Shown piece after piece: positions 12,150-24,199 of a DNA stretch of 64,000 bases (its first letter is position 1; every line of letters begins with the position of its first letter). Source of the stretch: Squalus acanthias (taxonomy: Eukaryota); the NCBI GenBank assembly GCA_030390025.1, contig CM059445.1:12214001-12278000 (forward strand), written 5' to 3'. The notes beneath the pieces were generated by a model. That model was not told the DNA's origin. It did no database searches and saw only the letters and a list, made by a program, of their open reading frames with translations. The position numbers and the translations under genes are program-made.

Positions 12150-12473
12150 CAAGAAGAATTTACATTTATATAGCGCCTTTGTCTCATAAAATGTCCCAAG
12201 GTGCTTCACAGGTGCGTTCTAAAACAAAATTTGACACCGAGCCACATGAGATATTGGGGCAAATGACCAAAATCTTGGTCAAAGAGGTAGATTTTAAGGA
12301 GCATCTTAAAGGAGAAGAGAGGGGTTTAGGGAGGGAATTCCAGAGCTTAGGGCATTGGCAATGAAGGCACAGCCACCAGTGGTGGGGGCGATGTCTCGGA
12401 GGGTTGTGGCTGGAGGAGATTAGAGATGGGGAGGGGCGGGGTAGGAGGGATTTGAAAATAAGGAGACATTTAA
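12150..12473 (-). mobile_element. L2 LINE, 3' fragment
   Basis: CPKLWNSLPKP followed by the tail. Confidence 0.75.
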
Positions 12474-12886
12474 GCCACAATTTTTAACCCGCCCAGCGGG
12501 AAGAGGGGGCGAGTTCGGATTACACGCCCGTTTTACACCAGTGCACGCTTGTGCAGTAGGGCTTCCTGACGCTAGGGGCTGCGACACGTCGATTGGAGCT
12601 TAGATCAGGGGTAGCTGTCCCTGACCTGGGACTGCTTGATGTTAACTGAAATGGGAAGAATTCCAGTCCCCAGTCGATGAACACACAAAAAACCCCCCAA
12701 CAAAATGGAGATGAAAACAGTTGCCTGAGGCATTCACAGGAATCGAGCTTGTGATTAATACACAGTGAGGTGATATATTTACATATCATTAATATTGTTC
12801 AGCTGCTGCTTTGACTTTTTTTCATCTGCTTGGAAGCCTGATTGTTCCTGAAGCCAAGATCTCTGTGATATATTCTTTAGCCGTGT

Positions 12887-13360
12887 GTGTCAGCCGTGGC
12901 TCAGTGGGTAGCACTCTCTCTCTCGCCTCTGAGGCGGAAGGTTGTGGGTTCAAGTCCCACTCCAGAGACTTGAGCACAAAAATCTAGGCTGACTCTCCAG
13001 TGCAGTGCTGAGGGAGCGCCGCACTGTCGGAGGTGCCGTCTTTCGGATGAGACGTTAAAACCGAGGCCCCGTCTGCTCCGTGTAAAGGATCCCATGGCAC
13101 TATTTCGAAGAGCAGCAGGGGAGTTCTTCCTGGTGTCCTGGGGCCGATATTTATCCCTCAATCAACATCTAAAAACAGATGATTTGGTCATTATCACATT
13201 GCTGTTTGTGGGAGCTTGCTGTGCGCAAATTGGCTGCTGCGTTTCCTGCATTACAACAGTGACCGCACTTCAAAAAAAGTACTTCATTGGTTGTAAAGCG
13301 CTTTGGGATGTCCTGAGGTCGTGAAAGGCGCTATAGAAATGCAAATATTTCTTTCTTTTC
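12887..13360 (+). mobile_element. SacSINE1-like SINE
   Basis: Full consensus match. Confidence 0.85.
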
Positions 13361-14151
13361 ACTTGGTCTGGTTTTAGTTTGAGCACTTGCGATTCTGCTT
13401 TCCTTTAACCTGTCACCCATTTCCACTTCAGAGCTGCAAGAACCAAGTGTAAGGAAGCAGATTATGAACTTGGAAACCAACCAGTTCCATGCGATTCCTT
13501 TTTTTTTTGTAAGATCGTTCTGCCAATTTTCTTCTCGTTCCCTCAGGAATGAAAAGGAAAGAAAAATGTAAAACTATGCGAAGGGCTTGGTTGCACCGGT
13601 CAAGATCAATTGTGATTTCTTCAGCCAATGATTGATTGCCTGCCCCACTGATTGATTCTTTGCCTTGTGTGCTGTACACGGCTTCATATTTTGACCTGGA
13701 AATGTCGGGAGCAATTGACACGAGAGGTTAATTTGCGTGAGGCATGTTGATCTCCGGTTTCACAGAGCGTTGAGGCCGCTTGTACACTGCAGCCACAACC
13801 TTGTGTCTGAGGACCATTTGTAACTGATCCGTGCCAAAAAAAACCCTTTTAATGTGTATCCTGAGGGGGGGGACGTGCTTGGCATCCAAGGTGGTATGAA
13901 GCCGTTTCCAGTCCTTTGTTGGGATTGTGCCCATTACGGTGTCCCTTTTTTTGTCAAATTGCCAATTGTGTGTCATTGCCACCTGGGAGTTTTGAGCTGG
14001 TTTGTCTACAAGGTGTTGCTGTCCACAGGTTGTCTTGGCAAACTCTTTAACGTTCGAATGTTCCAATACGCATGATGTAATGACCTCACCGTGCCCGTGT
14101 GCAGTGACCTCTCCAGCCTGTGGAGTTGCCTCAGATCCGCATACGTGTACG

Positions 14152-14680
14152 GTGTCAGCCATTTGGTGGGCTCGCCTCCGAGTCAGAAGGATGGGGATTC
14201 AAGTCCCCACTCCTGAGACTTGAGCACATAATCTCAGCTGACACTCCCAGTGCGGCGCTGAGGGAGCGCTGCAACCAGTGCGGCGCTGAGGGAGCGCTGC
14301 AACCAGTGCGGCGCTGAGGGAGCGCTGCAACCAGTGCGGCGCTGAGGGAGCGCTGCAACCAGTGCGGCGCTGAGGGAGCGCTGCAACCAGTGCGGCGCTG
14401 AGGGAGCGCTGCAACCAGTGCGGCGCTGAGGGAGCGCTGCAACGTCCGAGGTGCCCTCTCGGGTGGATGTAAAAGATCCCATGGCACTATTTCGAAGAAG
14501 AGCAGGGGGACTTCTCCCGGTGTCCTGGCCAATATTTATCCCTCAATCAACAGATCATCTGATCGTTATCACATTGCCGCGTTTCCTACGCTTCAGAAGT
14601 ACTTCATTGGCTGTAAAGCACTTTGGGATGTCCTGAGGTGGTGAGAAGAGCTATATAAACACGAGTCTTTCTTTCTTTTT
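14152..14680 (+). mobile_element. SacSINE1-like SINE carrying an internal minisatellite
   Basis: Head, core and tail are present, with a tandem expansion in the body. Confidence 0.8.
14247..14442 (+). repeat. 28-bp minisatellite, 7 identical copies
   Basis: Unit CCAGTGCGGCGCTGAGGGAGCGCTGCAA repeated head to tail with no spacers. Confidence 0.95.
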
Positions 14681-14802
14681 ATGGCGATAACTGCTCGGTG
14701 TAAGTAGCCTCCTTGTGAGTTGGTGATGAATAACTACATAGATGAAGATGTGATTATATGGGGTGGTTCGTATTGCTTACAGTATCGCAACACTGAAAAA
14801 TG

Positions 14803-15210
14803 AGAAAGCAAGACTTGCATTTATATAGCACCTTTCACACACTCGGGTGCTACTTTGCAGCCAGTTAAGTACTTTTTGAAGAGCAGTCACTGTTGTTCTG
14901 TAGGTAAACGCAGCAGCCACGTTGTGAACAGCAAGATCCCACAAACAGCAAAAACAGATAATCTGTTTGACTGCAGAGAGCCCCTCAGCCCCCCCCCCCC
15001 TTGATCTTTTACATCCACCTGAACAGGCAAATGAGAACGTGGGTTAACACCTCATCTGAAAGCTGGCACTTCCGACAGTGCAGCACTCCCTCAGTACACC
15101 GCACTGATGGTGTTGGCCTAGCTTTTGGGCTCGAGTTCTGGAGTGGGGCTTGAAGTCGGGACCTGATGGAACGCCGTGTGCACGCGGGGGCTACCGCTGA
15201 CCTTTGACAC
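14803..15210 (-). mobile_element. diverged SacSINE1-like SINE
   Basis: gacttgcatttatatagcacctttcac...ccgacagtgcagcactccctcagta. Confidence 0.7.
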
Positions 15211-15869
15211 CTGCTTGGAGAGTGACAACTTTGCGTCAGCTCTGGCTCCACTTAACCCGGCAACAGAACCATGGCCCACATTTCCACGGGCCTACAATTC
15301 TGACCTCCGGTTAACTTAGACAGTTTTAGCAGTGTCGTGGGGAGGGGGAGATAGCCAGCGCACTGCTGCCCCACTCCGTCCCAAGGTAAACACATACCAA
15401 AGGTTCTAACACCCCAAGTTTTGAGGCACCCTGACAGGATGAGTTGGACTGTGCGACGAGTCTTGTATGAAGGGTGCAGAAGATTGGACCCATTCCACTC
15501 TTTCATTAAACCTGCTCTGTTGTGGCTCGTTTTCTTTTGCTGTATCCCGCCTGCTTTTTGTTAATTAGTGCTTTTTCTAGCTTCTGAAGAAGTAATTGGC
15601 TGGGAGGTGAAGTTCCCAACCAGCTCTGATGGCCGTTTCCCCATTTATCGTGCTGGTTTGGTTTAACTTGCTGTATCGGAGCACTTAAAAAGGCGAAAGA
15701 AAGACTTGCATTTATATAGCACCTTTCACCCTCTCAGGAGCTACTTTACAGCCAGTTAAGTACACTTGAAGCACAGTCACTGTTGTTATGTAGGTAAACA
15801 CGGCAGCCATTTCCAGGCCCCCCCGCCCCCCCCTCTTTTGAGGGCCACAAGGTTGTCCTTTTCACAAAT

Positions 15870-16378
15870 ATAGGAGGGACGTGATTGCATTGGAGAGGGT
15901 GCAGAGGAGATTCACCAGGATGTTGCCTGGGCTGGAGCGCTTCAGCTATGAAGAGAGACTGGACAGGCTGGGGTTGTTTTCCTTAGAGCAGAGAAGGCTG
16001 AGGGGGGACCTGATTGAGGTGTACAAAATTATGAGGGGGCATAGATAGGGTAGATAGAAAGGAACTTTTCCCCTTAGTAGAGGGGTCAATAACCAGGGGG
16101 CATAGTTTCAAGGTAAGGGGCAGGAGGTTTCGAGGGGATTTGAGGAAAAACTTTTTCACCCAGAGGGTGGTTGGAATCTGGAACTCACTGCCTGAAAGGG
16201 TGGTAGAGGCAGGAACCCTCACAACATTCAAGAAGCATTTAGATGAGCACTTGAAACGCCATAGCATACAAGGCGACGGACCAAGTGCTGGAAAATGGGA
16301 TTAGAATAGACAGAGCTTGATGGCCGGCGCGGACACGATGGGCCGAAGGGCCTCTTTCTGTGCTGTATAACTCTATGA
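15870..16378 (+). mobile_element. CR1 LINE, 3' fragment
   Basis: LERVQRRFTRMLPGL...RLRGDLIEVYKI...FFTQRVVGIWNSLP; tail gatgggccgaagggcctc. Confidence 0.85.
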
Positions 16379-16907
16379 CAAAGAAGAAGAGGCGATGCTC
16401 CTTGTGCACTTGACTATTCTAGTTGGGAGGCCTTTTAAGTTTGTAGCTGCGAGGAAAGGTTGTCCGAGGGCAAGTGCCATACTCCCAAGCAAGGAATGTG
16501 TGCGAGCGTGGATGCCCGACTGATTTGACGGCACTGATCTCATTTTGGGGTTCAGCAAGCGTATGCTCATGACATCAGGTTCACGAACCTACGAAAATGA
16601 CGGGCAGGAAAAGGCCAGCTGGTCTATCGAGCCTGCCCACCCCCGCACACATGATACCTGGACAGCTCCAATCTCCCAGCAGCCATGTAAGCTCCTGGGA
16701 GAGGCTAAGAAATCCAGGACCAAAATTTGGGGGGTGGTGGGGGGCAAAAAAAAAAATCTGGAAAATTCCTCTCCGACCCCCTCAAACGCTGGAGGTCACA
16801 TTGACCACGTTTCCATTAGTAGTCAAATCACTTGCTTTTTTTAAAAAGGTGGGATAATATATAGTTTTGTAAAGTTTGGTTTTGTGGTTTACGATGCGGT
16901 GTGAAGC

Positions 16908-17440
16908 TCGGTCTCCTTACCTAAGAAAGGATATACTTGCCATAGAGGGAGTGTAGCAAAGGTTGACCAGACTGATTCCTGGGATGGCAGGACTGTCGTA
17001 TGAGGAGAGATTGGGTCGACTTGGCCTGTATTCACTAGAGTTTAGAAGAATGAGAGGGGATCTCATTGAAACGTATAAAATTCTGACGGGGCTAGACAGA
17101 CTGGATGCAGGGAGGATGTTTCCCCTGGCTGGGGGGTCTAGAACGAGGGGTCACAGTCTCAGGATACGGGTAGGACATTTAGGACTGAGATGAGGAGAAA
17201 TTTCTTCACTCAGAGGGTGGTGAACCTGTGGCATTCTCTACCACAGAAGGCTGTGGAGGCCAAGTCACTGGATATATTTAGGAAGGAGATAGATAGATTT
17301 CTAGACACAAAAGGCATCAAGGGGTATGGGGAGAGAGCGGGAATATGGTATTGAGAGAGAGGATCAGCCATGATATTGAATGGCGGAGCAGGCTCGAAGG
17401 ACCGAATGGCCTACTCCTGCTCCTATTTTTCTATGTTTCT
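16908..17440 (+). mobile_element. CR1 LINE, 3' fragment
   Basis: YEERLGRLGLYSLEFRRMRGDLIETYKIL; tail gaatggcggagcaggctcgaagg...cctactcctgctcct. Confidence 0.88.
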
Positions 17441-17759
17441 AGTAAAAGGTAAATCTAGGTCTGACATGAGGCAGTTCTTTATGGAATTACGTTCTACAAC
17501 AGAGAAAAGGCCATTCGGCCCAACAGGTCCATGCTGGTGTTTCTGCTCCACACGAGCCTCCTCCCACCCCTCTTCTTCTCACCCTATCACGCAGTGATTG
17601 AAAGTGTGGAATTGGCTTCCAGATGGCGTAGTAGAGGCAAAAATCGCAGGAACCATCTAAGAAAGAATTGGATACTACAATGGATGGACTTAAGATCTTT
17701 CTCGATGGATGCATTAAGATGGGTCTCATCCATCATTAATTATTTCGTGAACCCCTTGA

Positions 17760-18343
17760 GCTCAGAATAAGGGGTCGGCCGTTTAGAAAGCAAGACTTGC
17801 GTTTATATAGTGCCTTTAATGACCATCGGACGTCTCAGCGCTTTACAGTCAATGAAGTAGAGTCACTGTTGTAATGTGGAAAACGCGACAGCCAATTTGC
17901 GCACAGCAAGCTCCCACAAACTGCAATGTGATAATGACCAGATAATCTGTTTTAGTGATGTTGGTTGAGGGATAAATATTGGCCAGGACACCGGGGATAA
18001 CGCCCCTACTCCTCTTCGAAATAGTGCCGTGGGATCTTTTACGTCCGCCTGAGAGCAGACGGAGCCTCAGTTTCACGTCTCAGGACTGAGATGAGGAGAA
18101 ATTTCTTCACCCAGAGGGTGGTGAATCTTTGGAATTCTCTACCCTAGAGGGCTGTGGAGGCTCAGTCGTTGAGTTTATTCAAGACAGAGATCGATAGATT
18201 TTTGAATATTAAGGGAATCAAGGGATATGGGGATAGTGCAGGAAAGTGGAGATGAGGTAGAAGATCAGCCATGATCTTACTGAATGGCGGAGCAGGCTCG
18301 AAGGGCCAAATGGCCGACTCCTGCTCCTATTTCTTACGTTCTT
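17760..18343 (+). mobile_element. CR1 LINE, 3' fragment interrupted by a SINE
   Basis: gagatgaggagaaatttcttcacccagagggtggtgaatctttgg... followed by the CR1 tail. Confidence 0.8.
17786..18080 (-). mobile_element. 5'-truncated SacSINE1-like SINE nested in a CR1
   Basis: Interrupts the CR1 sequence ggtcggccgtttag|aggactgagatgagg. Confidence 0.8.
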
Positions 18344-18817
18344 ACCCTTGAAGCACATTCTTGGCCTGCTTTCCTGACCTGTGTGCTGTGCAGAAACTCT
18401 GCTTTTGGACATTATGCTTCTCTCACCGCAAAGTTTATCTGTAATTAAACATGGCTGCCGTGCTTTTTTTAGTGTCCAGGAATGGAACATAAAACCACAT
18501 CATCTGGTTTCTGTGCTTGCCTGTGATTCCACTGCCCAGTGGCCTGGTGTGACCTTCGGCCCCAGTTACCATAGGAAAGAGCGCAGCCTTTCTCTGCCTT
18601 TCATTTGAGGGGCTCGGATTTGGTCGCCCCCCCCCCCCCCCCCCTTTCCCTGCGTGTTGAAACATAGTTTTGTTTCTTGTTGGCCAGCGATGCTGCATAC
18701 ACCAAGATTTAGTCACTTTGATTTAAAACAAAAAGCGACTTGGATAACGCAAGACCACACGGGCAAGGTGTCGTGAACAAGTTTAACAAAAAAAAACGGT
18801 GAGGATTTTCATCCCTG

Positions 18818-19225
18818 AGAACATAACCTAAATAGGAGCAGGAGTAGGCCATTCGGCCCTTCGAGCCTGCTCCGCCATTCAGTGCGATCATGGTTGATCT
18901 TCTGCCTCAACTCCATTCACCGGCCCTATCGCCATATCCCTTGATGCCCTTACTAGTCAGAAATCTATCGACTTCTGTTTTGAATATACCCAATGACTGA
19001 GCCTCCACAGCCCTCTGGGGTAGAGAATTCCAAAGATTCACCACCCTCTGTGTGAGGAAATTTCTTCTCATCTCAGTCCTGAATGGCCTACCCTTTATCC
19101 TGAGGCTGTGGCCCCTGGTTCTAGACTCCCCAGCTAAGGGAAACATTCTCCCAGCATCCACCCTATCAAGCCCTGTATTAACTTTGTATGCTTCAATGAG
19201 ATCCCCTCTCATCCTTCTGAATTCA
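18818..19225 (-). mobile_element. CR1 LINE, 3' fragment
   Basis: Minus-strand peptide EFRRMRGDLIEAYK...QRVVNLWNSLPQRAVEA. Confidence 0.88.
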
Positions 19226-19949
19226 AGAAACTGAATTAGCAAACTGCATCGCCGAGCCTCGGCAGAGCGGCTGCTTTCTTCTTGGCGAAACCACCCGGGG
19301 AGAAAAAATACAAGGTTTGAAAATTTGGAACGCGTGAACTGGTTTGATGGGAGCTTTAGATCTGTGTTGTTCTCTCTGATCCCCACCCACTCCCTCCCTC
19401 CCTCCCTCGCAACCATCAGTTCGGCTTTTATTTCTGGGAGGTGGGTTGTGCTCTTTGAAGTATTGTTTTTCTTTCCCAGTGTGGTGGAGAATTGTGATCC
19501 CTGTGTGCGCCGTTAGGGGGCAGGTGGGATATCTGGAGTATTCCAGTGGGCAGTTGGAATAATAGTAGAGGTAAAGTCCGTGCACTATTACAGTACATCG
19601 TGTATTCCACCAAGTGATTCGCAGTCCACTGCTTTAATGTCTTGAAGCTGGTTTTGTTGAGAAGTGACTCAGTAGCAGCTTCTGACCAATTTTAAGCAAT
19701 GGCCCAGTTACTGAAATCCATGTTTTCTTCCTAGATGTGGCATGATGTCCCAGTATTTCCAGCTAACCTTAGACTTGCAGATTGAAAACTGTCCATCGCC
19801 ACACGAGTGGTGAGCTGTTGAGACTTTTTATATAGAAGGCGTGGGCCTGAAAATCTCTTGGTGAAGGTTGCACTCGTCTTGGGCATCTATCCAGGTTTCC
19901 CAGTGACTTAACCTATGGATGTGACCCCAGATACGGGTATTTGCTATGA

Positions 19950-20222
19950 GATCTCTGTGCTCCACCAATTCTGGCCTCTTGAGCATCCCCGATTTTAATC
20001 GCTCCACCATTGGCTGGCCGTGCCTTCAGCTGCCGAGGCCCTAAGCTCTGGAATTCTCTCCCTAAACCTCTCCACCTCTCTCTCTCCTCCTTTTAAGACG
20101 CTCCTTAAAACCTACCTCTTTGACCAAGCTTTTGGTCATTTGCCCTAATATCTCCTTATGTGGCTCGGTGTCAAATTTTGTTTGATAATGCACCTGTAGG
20201 TGCTATATAAATACAAGTTGTT
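19950..20222 (+). mobile_element. L2 LINE, 3' fragment
   Basis: gccgtgccttcagctgcc...ctctggaattctctccctaaacc followed by the tail. Confidence 0.8.
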
Positions 20223-20784
20223 TTACAAAATATTAATGGGGAGGATGACTTGGCACCGCTTAAGGTTTCAAAACATGAAAATGATTAACGGTTTGAAATA
20301 ATTTTGGCACTGATTCTTAAAGGGACACTTCTAGTTCACTTCCAGCCATTCTCATTCATGCTCGCTCTCGCTCTCGCGCGCTCTCTCGCTCTTGTCAGAA
20401 AGCTCTGGGTTCGAGCCCCACTCCCGGGATTTAAGCACTTAATGTTGGCCGACAGTCCAGTGCAGTACTGACGGGAATGTTGAATTGCTGGAATTGCTGT
20501 GTTTCGGACGAGACTCTGATTCCGCCTGTCGCGGTGGGCATTCCAGATCCCGTGGCGCTGTTCAAACAAGAACAGGGAGCTGTGGTGTTCATGGTGACAT
20601 TTCTCCGACTGACCGACAGCCACAAAAATAGCAGGGGAGACATAGCAGGTCGATTAGCATCTGTGGAGAGAACAGACTAGTTAATGTTTACGGTTGTAAT
20701 CCTTCATCGGAACATTTTGATTCTGATTTGCAACATGTGCAGTTTAAAAAAAAAACTAACCGCAAATGAGAAATGACTATTTTA

Positions 20785-20788
<4 letters not shown>

Positions 20789-20815
<27 letters not shown>
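20789..20815. repeat. (TG)n microsatellite
   Basis: Read directly from the sequence. Confidence 0.9.
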
Positions 20816-20823
20816 AGTCAGTA

Positions 20824-21085
20824 CAGTAATCCCTCCCCAACCGCGGGGGATACGTCCCTGAAAACCCCCGTGGTTAGTAAAACCGCGGTTGGCAAATACA
20901 GTATAAATGTTCAAATAACACAAAAATATGAAAGCAATAAAATCATGTTATTTACCTTAATCCTAAATTAAAAACCGCCTATACGCAAAATTCACCGCCG
21001 CGGTTGGAAAAAGTTGTCGCAGAGAGGAAACCGTGTATACTTGAAATCCGCGTATGGCAAAACCGCAGTCGGGGCGGGATTCCTG
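20824..21085. mobile_element. Tc1/mariner Tigger(pogo)-like MITE
   Basis: TA|CAGTAATCCCTCCCCAACCGCGG ... CCGCAGTCGGGGCGGGATTCCTG|TA; TA TSD; internal CCGCGG repeats resemble Tigger/MER44-type ends. Confidence 0.8.
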
Positions 21086-21334
21086 TATCTGCAATTGCCT
21101 ATAAAGCATCCATTGCATTCCAAAAGCTGAGATGCTGTAGAACATTTGAAAGATGTGATGAGGTGCTATATAAATTCAGGTCTTTTTAATTGAATTTGTA
21201 AATGTTTTCCATACAGATGCGCCTTATCTGAATCCACTCGACTGTCTGTGTGCACGGTACTTGCGAGAGTGCTTGTGTGTTATTTGTTGGCTTGCCTTGA
21301 CTATGTATCATTGGGAGTTTTGATTTTGTTTTTT

Positions 21335-21970
21335 AGAATTAGGAGTAGGCCAGACGGCTCCTCGAGCCTATTCTGCCATTCAATAAGGTCATGGCTGATC
21401 TTCGACCTCGACTCCACTTTCCCGCCCTAGCCCCATCAATGTCCCTGCTAATCTTTTTTTGGGGGTGCGTGGCCCCTTTAAGGGGCTGCTCGGCCCATTC
21501 AAATTATGATCTGAATAGACTTGTTATAGGTGAGGCACACCCTGTGACCTCATGGTGCTGCTGTTGGACCAGATGGTGATTGGCTCACGTTCCAGAACTA
21601 GCTGTTGGCCATGTCGCTGCACAGCTTAAGGCGAACATTGATCCCCATAGCCCCTTGATTCCCGTAGTGTCCAAAGATCTATCGATCTCGGTCTTGAATA
21701 TACTCACCGATGAGCCTCCACAGCCCCCTGGCTGAATTCCAAAGGTTCACCACCCTCCTGAGTGAAGAAATTTCTCCTCATCTCAGTCCTAAATGGCCGA
21801 CCCCTTATCCTGAGACTGTGACCCCTGGCCTTCATCTTTCTCTGCATCGACCCTGCCGAGCCCTCCTGAGAATTTCATGTTTCGATGAGATCGCCTCTCA
21901 TTCTTCCAAACTCGAGAGAATTTAGGTCCATTCTCCTCACGGGACAACCCTCTCATCTCCGGAATCCATC
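21335..21970 (-). mobile_element. CR1 LINE, 3' fragment interrupted by a hAT MITE
   Basis: Reverse-complement CR1 tail and the end of ORF2. Confidence 0.75.
21437..21640. mobile_element. hAT-type MITE (same family) with a replaced interior
   Basis: TIRs CAATGTCCCTGCTAA / TTAAGGCGAACATTG; 8-bp TSD agccccat / atccccat; shares ggtgcgtggcccctttaag.ggctgc.cggcccattcaaat with the 2200 copy. Confidence 0.75.
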
Positions 21971-22305
21971 TTGTTTAACAATGGGCGATTGATACCCACT
22001 GGCCTAATGCGGAGAAAGATGAAGGCCGGTTAAAGTAGGGAACAAATGGTCAGTCAGCTTGGTTAGATGTTTCGATCAAAACGGGTTACTTTGCGATATC
22101 TGTTGCGGGCGACCTCGACACTAGTAAATATTTGGTCAGTGTTGCCGCAGTGAAAACCAATAGTGAGCAAGTGATTTTTGCTGTTGTGGCAACTTGACCT
22201 GTGGAAGAACACCCAGGTTGGATACAAGTGTAGATTTTGCACTTCCAAACTTGAGTTGGGCTTGGAGAGTGAGAGCCGTACAACACTGAAGTAAAGTACT
22301 GATCA

Positions 22306-22844
22306 TTCTTCTTCTTAGGCAGTCCCTCGGAACCGAGGATGACTTGCTTCCACATTAAGAATGAGTTCTCAGGTGACTGATGAGTCCAATGCGGGACCGA
22401 CAGTCTCTGTCACAGGTGGGGCAGATGGTGGTTGAAGGGGCGGGTGGGTAGGGTGCTTGGGTTGACGTGCGCTCCTTCCGCTGTTTACGCTTGGCTTCCG
22501 CTTGCTCCCGGCGAAGAGACTCGAGGTGTTCGGCGCCTTCCCGGATGCTTCTCCTCCACTTTGTGCGGTCTTGGGCCAGGGATTCCCAGGTGTCGGTGGG
22601 GATGTTGCACTTTTTCAAGGAGGCTTTGAGGGTGTCCTTGAAGCGTTTCCTCTGCCCACCTGGGGCTCTCTTGCCGTGCCGGAGCTCCGAGTAGAGCGCT
22701 TGTTTTGGGAGTCTCGTATCGGGCATGCGGACAATGTGACCCGTCCATCGGAGCTGATCGAGCGTGGTCAAAGCTTCAGTGCTGGGGATGTTGGCCTGAG
22801 CAAGAACACTGATGTTGGTGCGCCTATCCTGCCAATGGATTTGC
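22306..22844 (-). mobile_element. RTE-clade LINE, 3' fragment
   Basis: QLRWTGHIVRMPDTRLPKQALYSEL...GGQRKRFKDTLK...CPTCDRDCRSRIGLISHLRTH; (GAA)n tail. Confidence 0.9.
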
Positions 22845-23167
22845 CATCCGCATGTCATCCGCAGGGACGAATTAAGAATATTACACTAGATTTAGTGTGT
22901 TGGGTTAAGTATGATTTTTCACCTTTTAGTGTATTGGTTTCCATATGTCCAATAATAATACTGCGTTTTGATTTAACAAGGCCTGTACAGTTCAGAAAGG
23001 TCCATTTCAAATCTCAAAATCGAGGGTTGGCTGATGTGATTCACCAACTCGCATAGTGATCATGGCAAAGTGAATTGCCCATCTGATGCAGTTGGTGTCT
23101 GAGTACACTGGCTGGTAAACTTGGTTCAATTGGATAAATAACGCAGTCCTCTGCTTTTGCCAACCAG

Positions 23168-23329
23168 GGTGCCCACTTGGCCGTGATTGATGCCCTGATG
23201 ACCGCCTACATGATGGAAACACTGAGTGGCTCGAAGGTGGCAGCGGGCACAGAGGAGATCACAAGCCTAAGTCCGTCGAGACCAGTCCCGGCCAGCACAG
23301 AATACACTTTGCTGTTCTGGGTTGATAAG
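23168..23329 (+). CDS. CAMSAP3: CAMSAP3-like coding exon (phase 0-0, 54 codons; equivalent of exon 3)
   Basis: ttttgccaaccag|GGT...GAT AAG|gtagcg. Translates GAHLAVIDALMTAYMMETLSGSKVAAGTEEITSLSPSRPVPASTEYTLLFWVDK, matching recalled human CAMSAP3 GAHLAVIDALM...LLFWVD. Confidence 0.93.
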
Positions 23330-24199
23330 GTAGCGATCTTGTGAAACCGTTTTCGAGGATTTGACAAACAATCTGGTGCCAGAAATGTTTAAATTCTTTA
23401 TTATCTGAATAGACTTGTTATAGGTGGGGCAGCCCCCCGTGACCTCATGGTCCCGATGTTGGACCAGATGGTGGTTGGCTCACATCCCAGAGCTAGCTGT
23501 CGGCCATGGCTGGGTGGGTGACGTTTTGTCTCTTCAAGGTGAGATGGTCAAACGCAGGCCAGCTGTCTGATTCTGGTTCTGCTTTGGATTAACAAATGGT
23601 CATGGCAGATAACCCATCAAGAACTTAGGTACAAGATGTCCTCAATCAAATTGTGCCTTGTAAACATTGTAATGCACTTGCCTTCAAAAGACAATTGCAA
23701 ATACTTCAAATTACTTGTTGCGTGTTTAGGCTAAATGTTGGGAGAAGACCATGTTTTGATGTTCAGGGCCCGTGGAGATGGTGGAGACTCCCTTTATTTC
23801 CATTAATGGTTTCAGATTTGGCTTGGCTGAGACAAGGAATTTGGAACCCTGATGGCATATAGAATCATCCCAGCTTTACAAATGGAGGAGTTATCCACTT
23901 GTGGCTCAGTTGGTAGAAGAGACACTTGACAATGGCTAAGACTGTTTTGGGAGGCAGGCTGGGTCTTGTGAGAAAGGAGAAATCTTTCATTTTTTCATCT
24001 TCTACATTGAGCGTACCTTCTCCAAGCTGATCTAAAGTCACGTTGACAATATTTTTAAAAAAAAGTGTATGGGTACTGTTCTTGTTCAGTTTCCGAACAA
24101 ACGGACAGCAGAATATTTCTTGATCATCTCAAAATTTTGCAAAATTCCCCAAAACATACCCTGACGCAACTATTGCTCAACGTGGAATTGAACAATGTC

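Noticed and set aside
13428-14162. Two minus-strand ORFs (97 and 144 aa) as a nested gene
   Set aside because: No recognisable domain or splice structure, and the upstream ORF starts at a SINE edge.
14247-14442. CRISPR-like array of 28-bp repeats
   Set aside because: Units abut with no spacers, there are no cas genes, the context is eukaryotic and the unit derives from SINE sequence.
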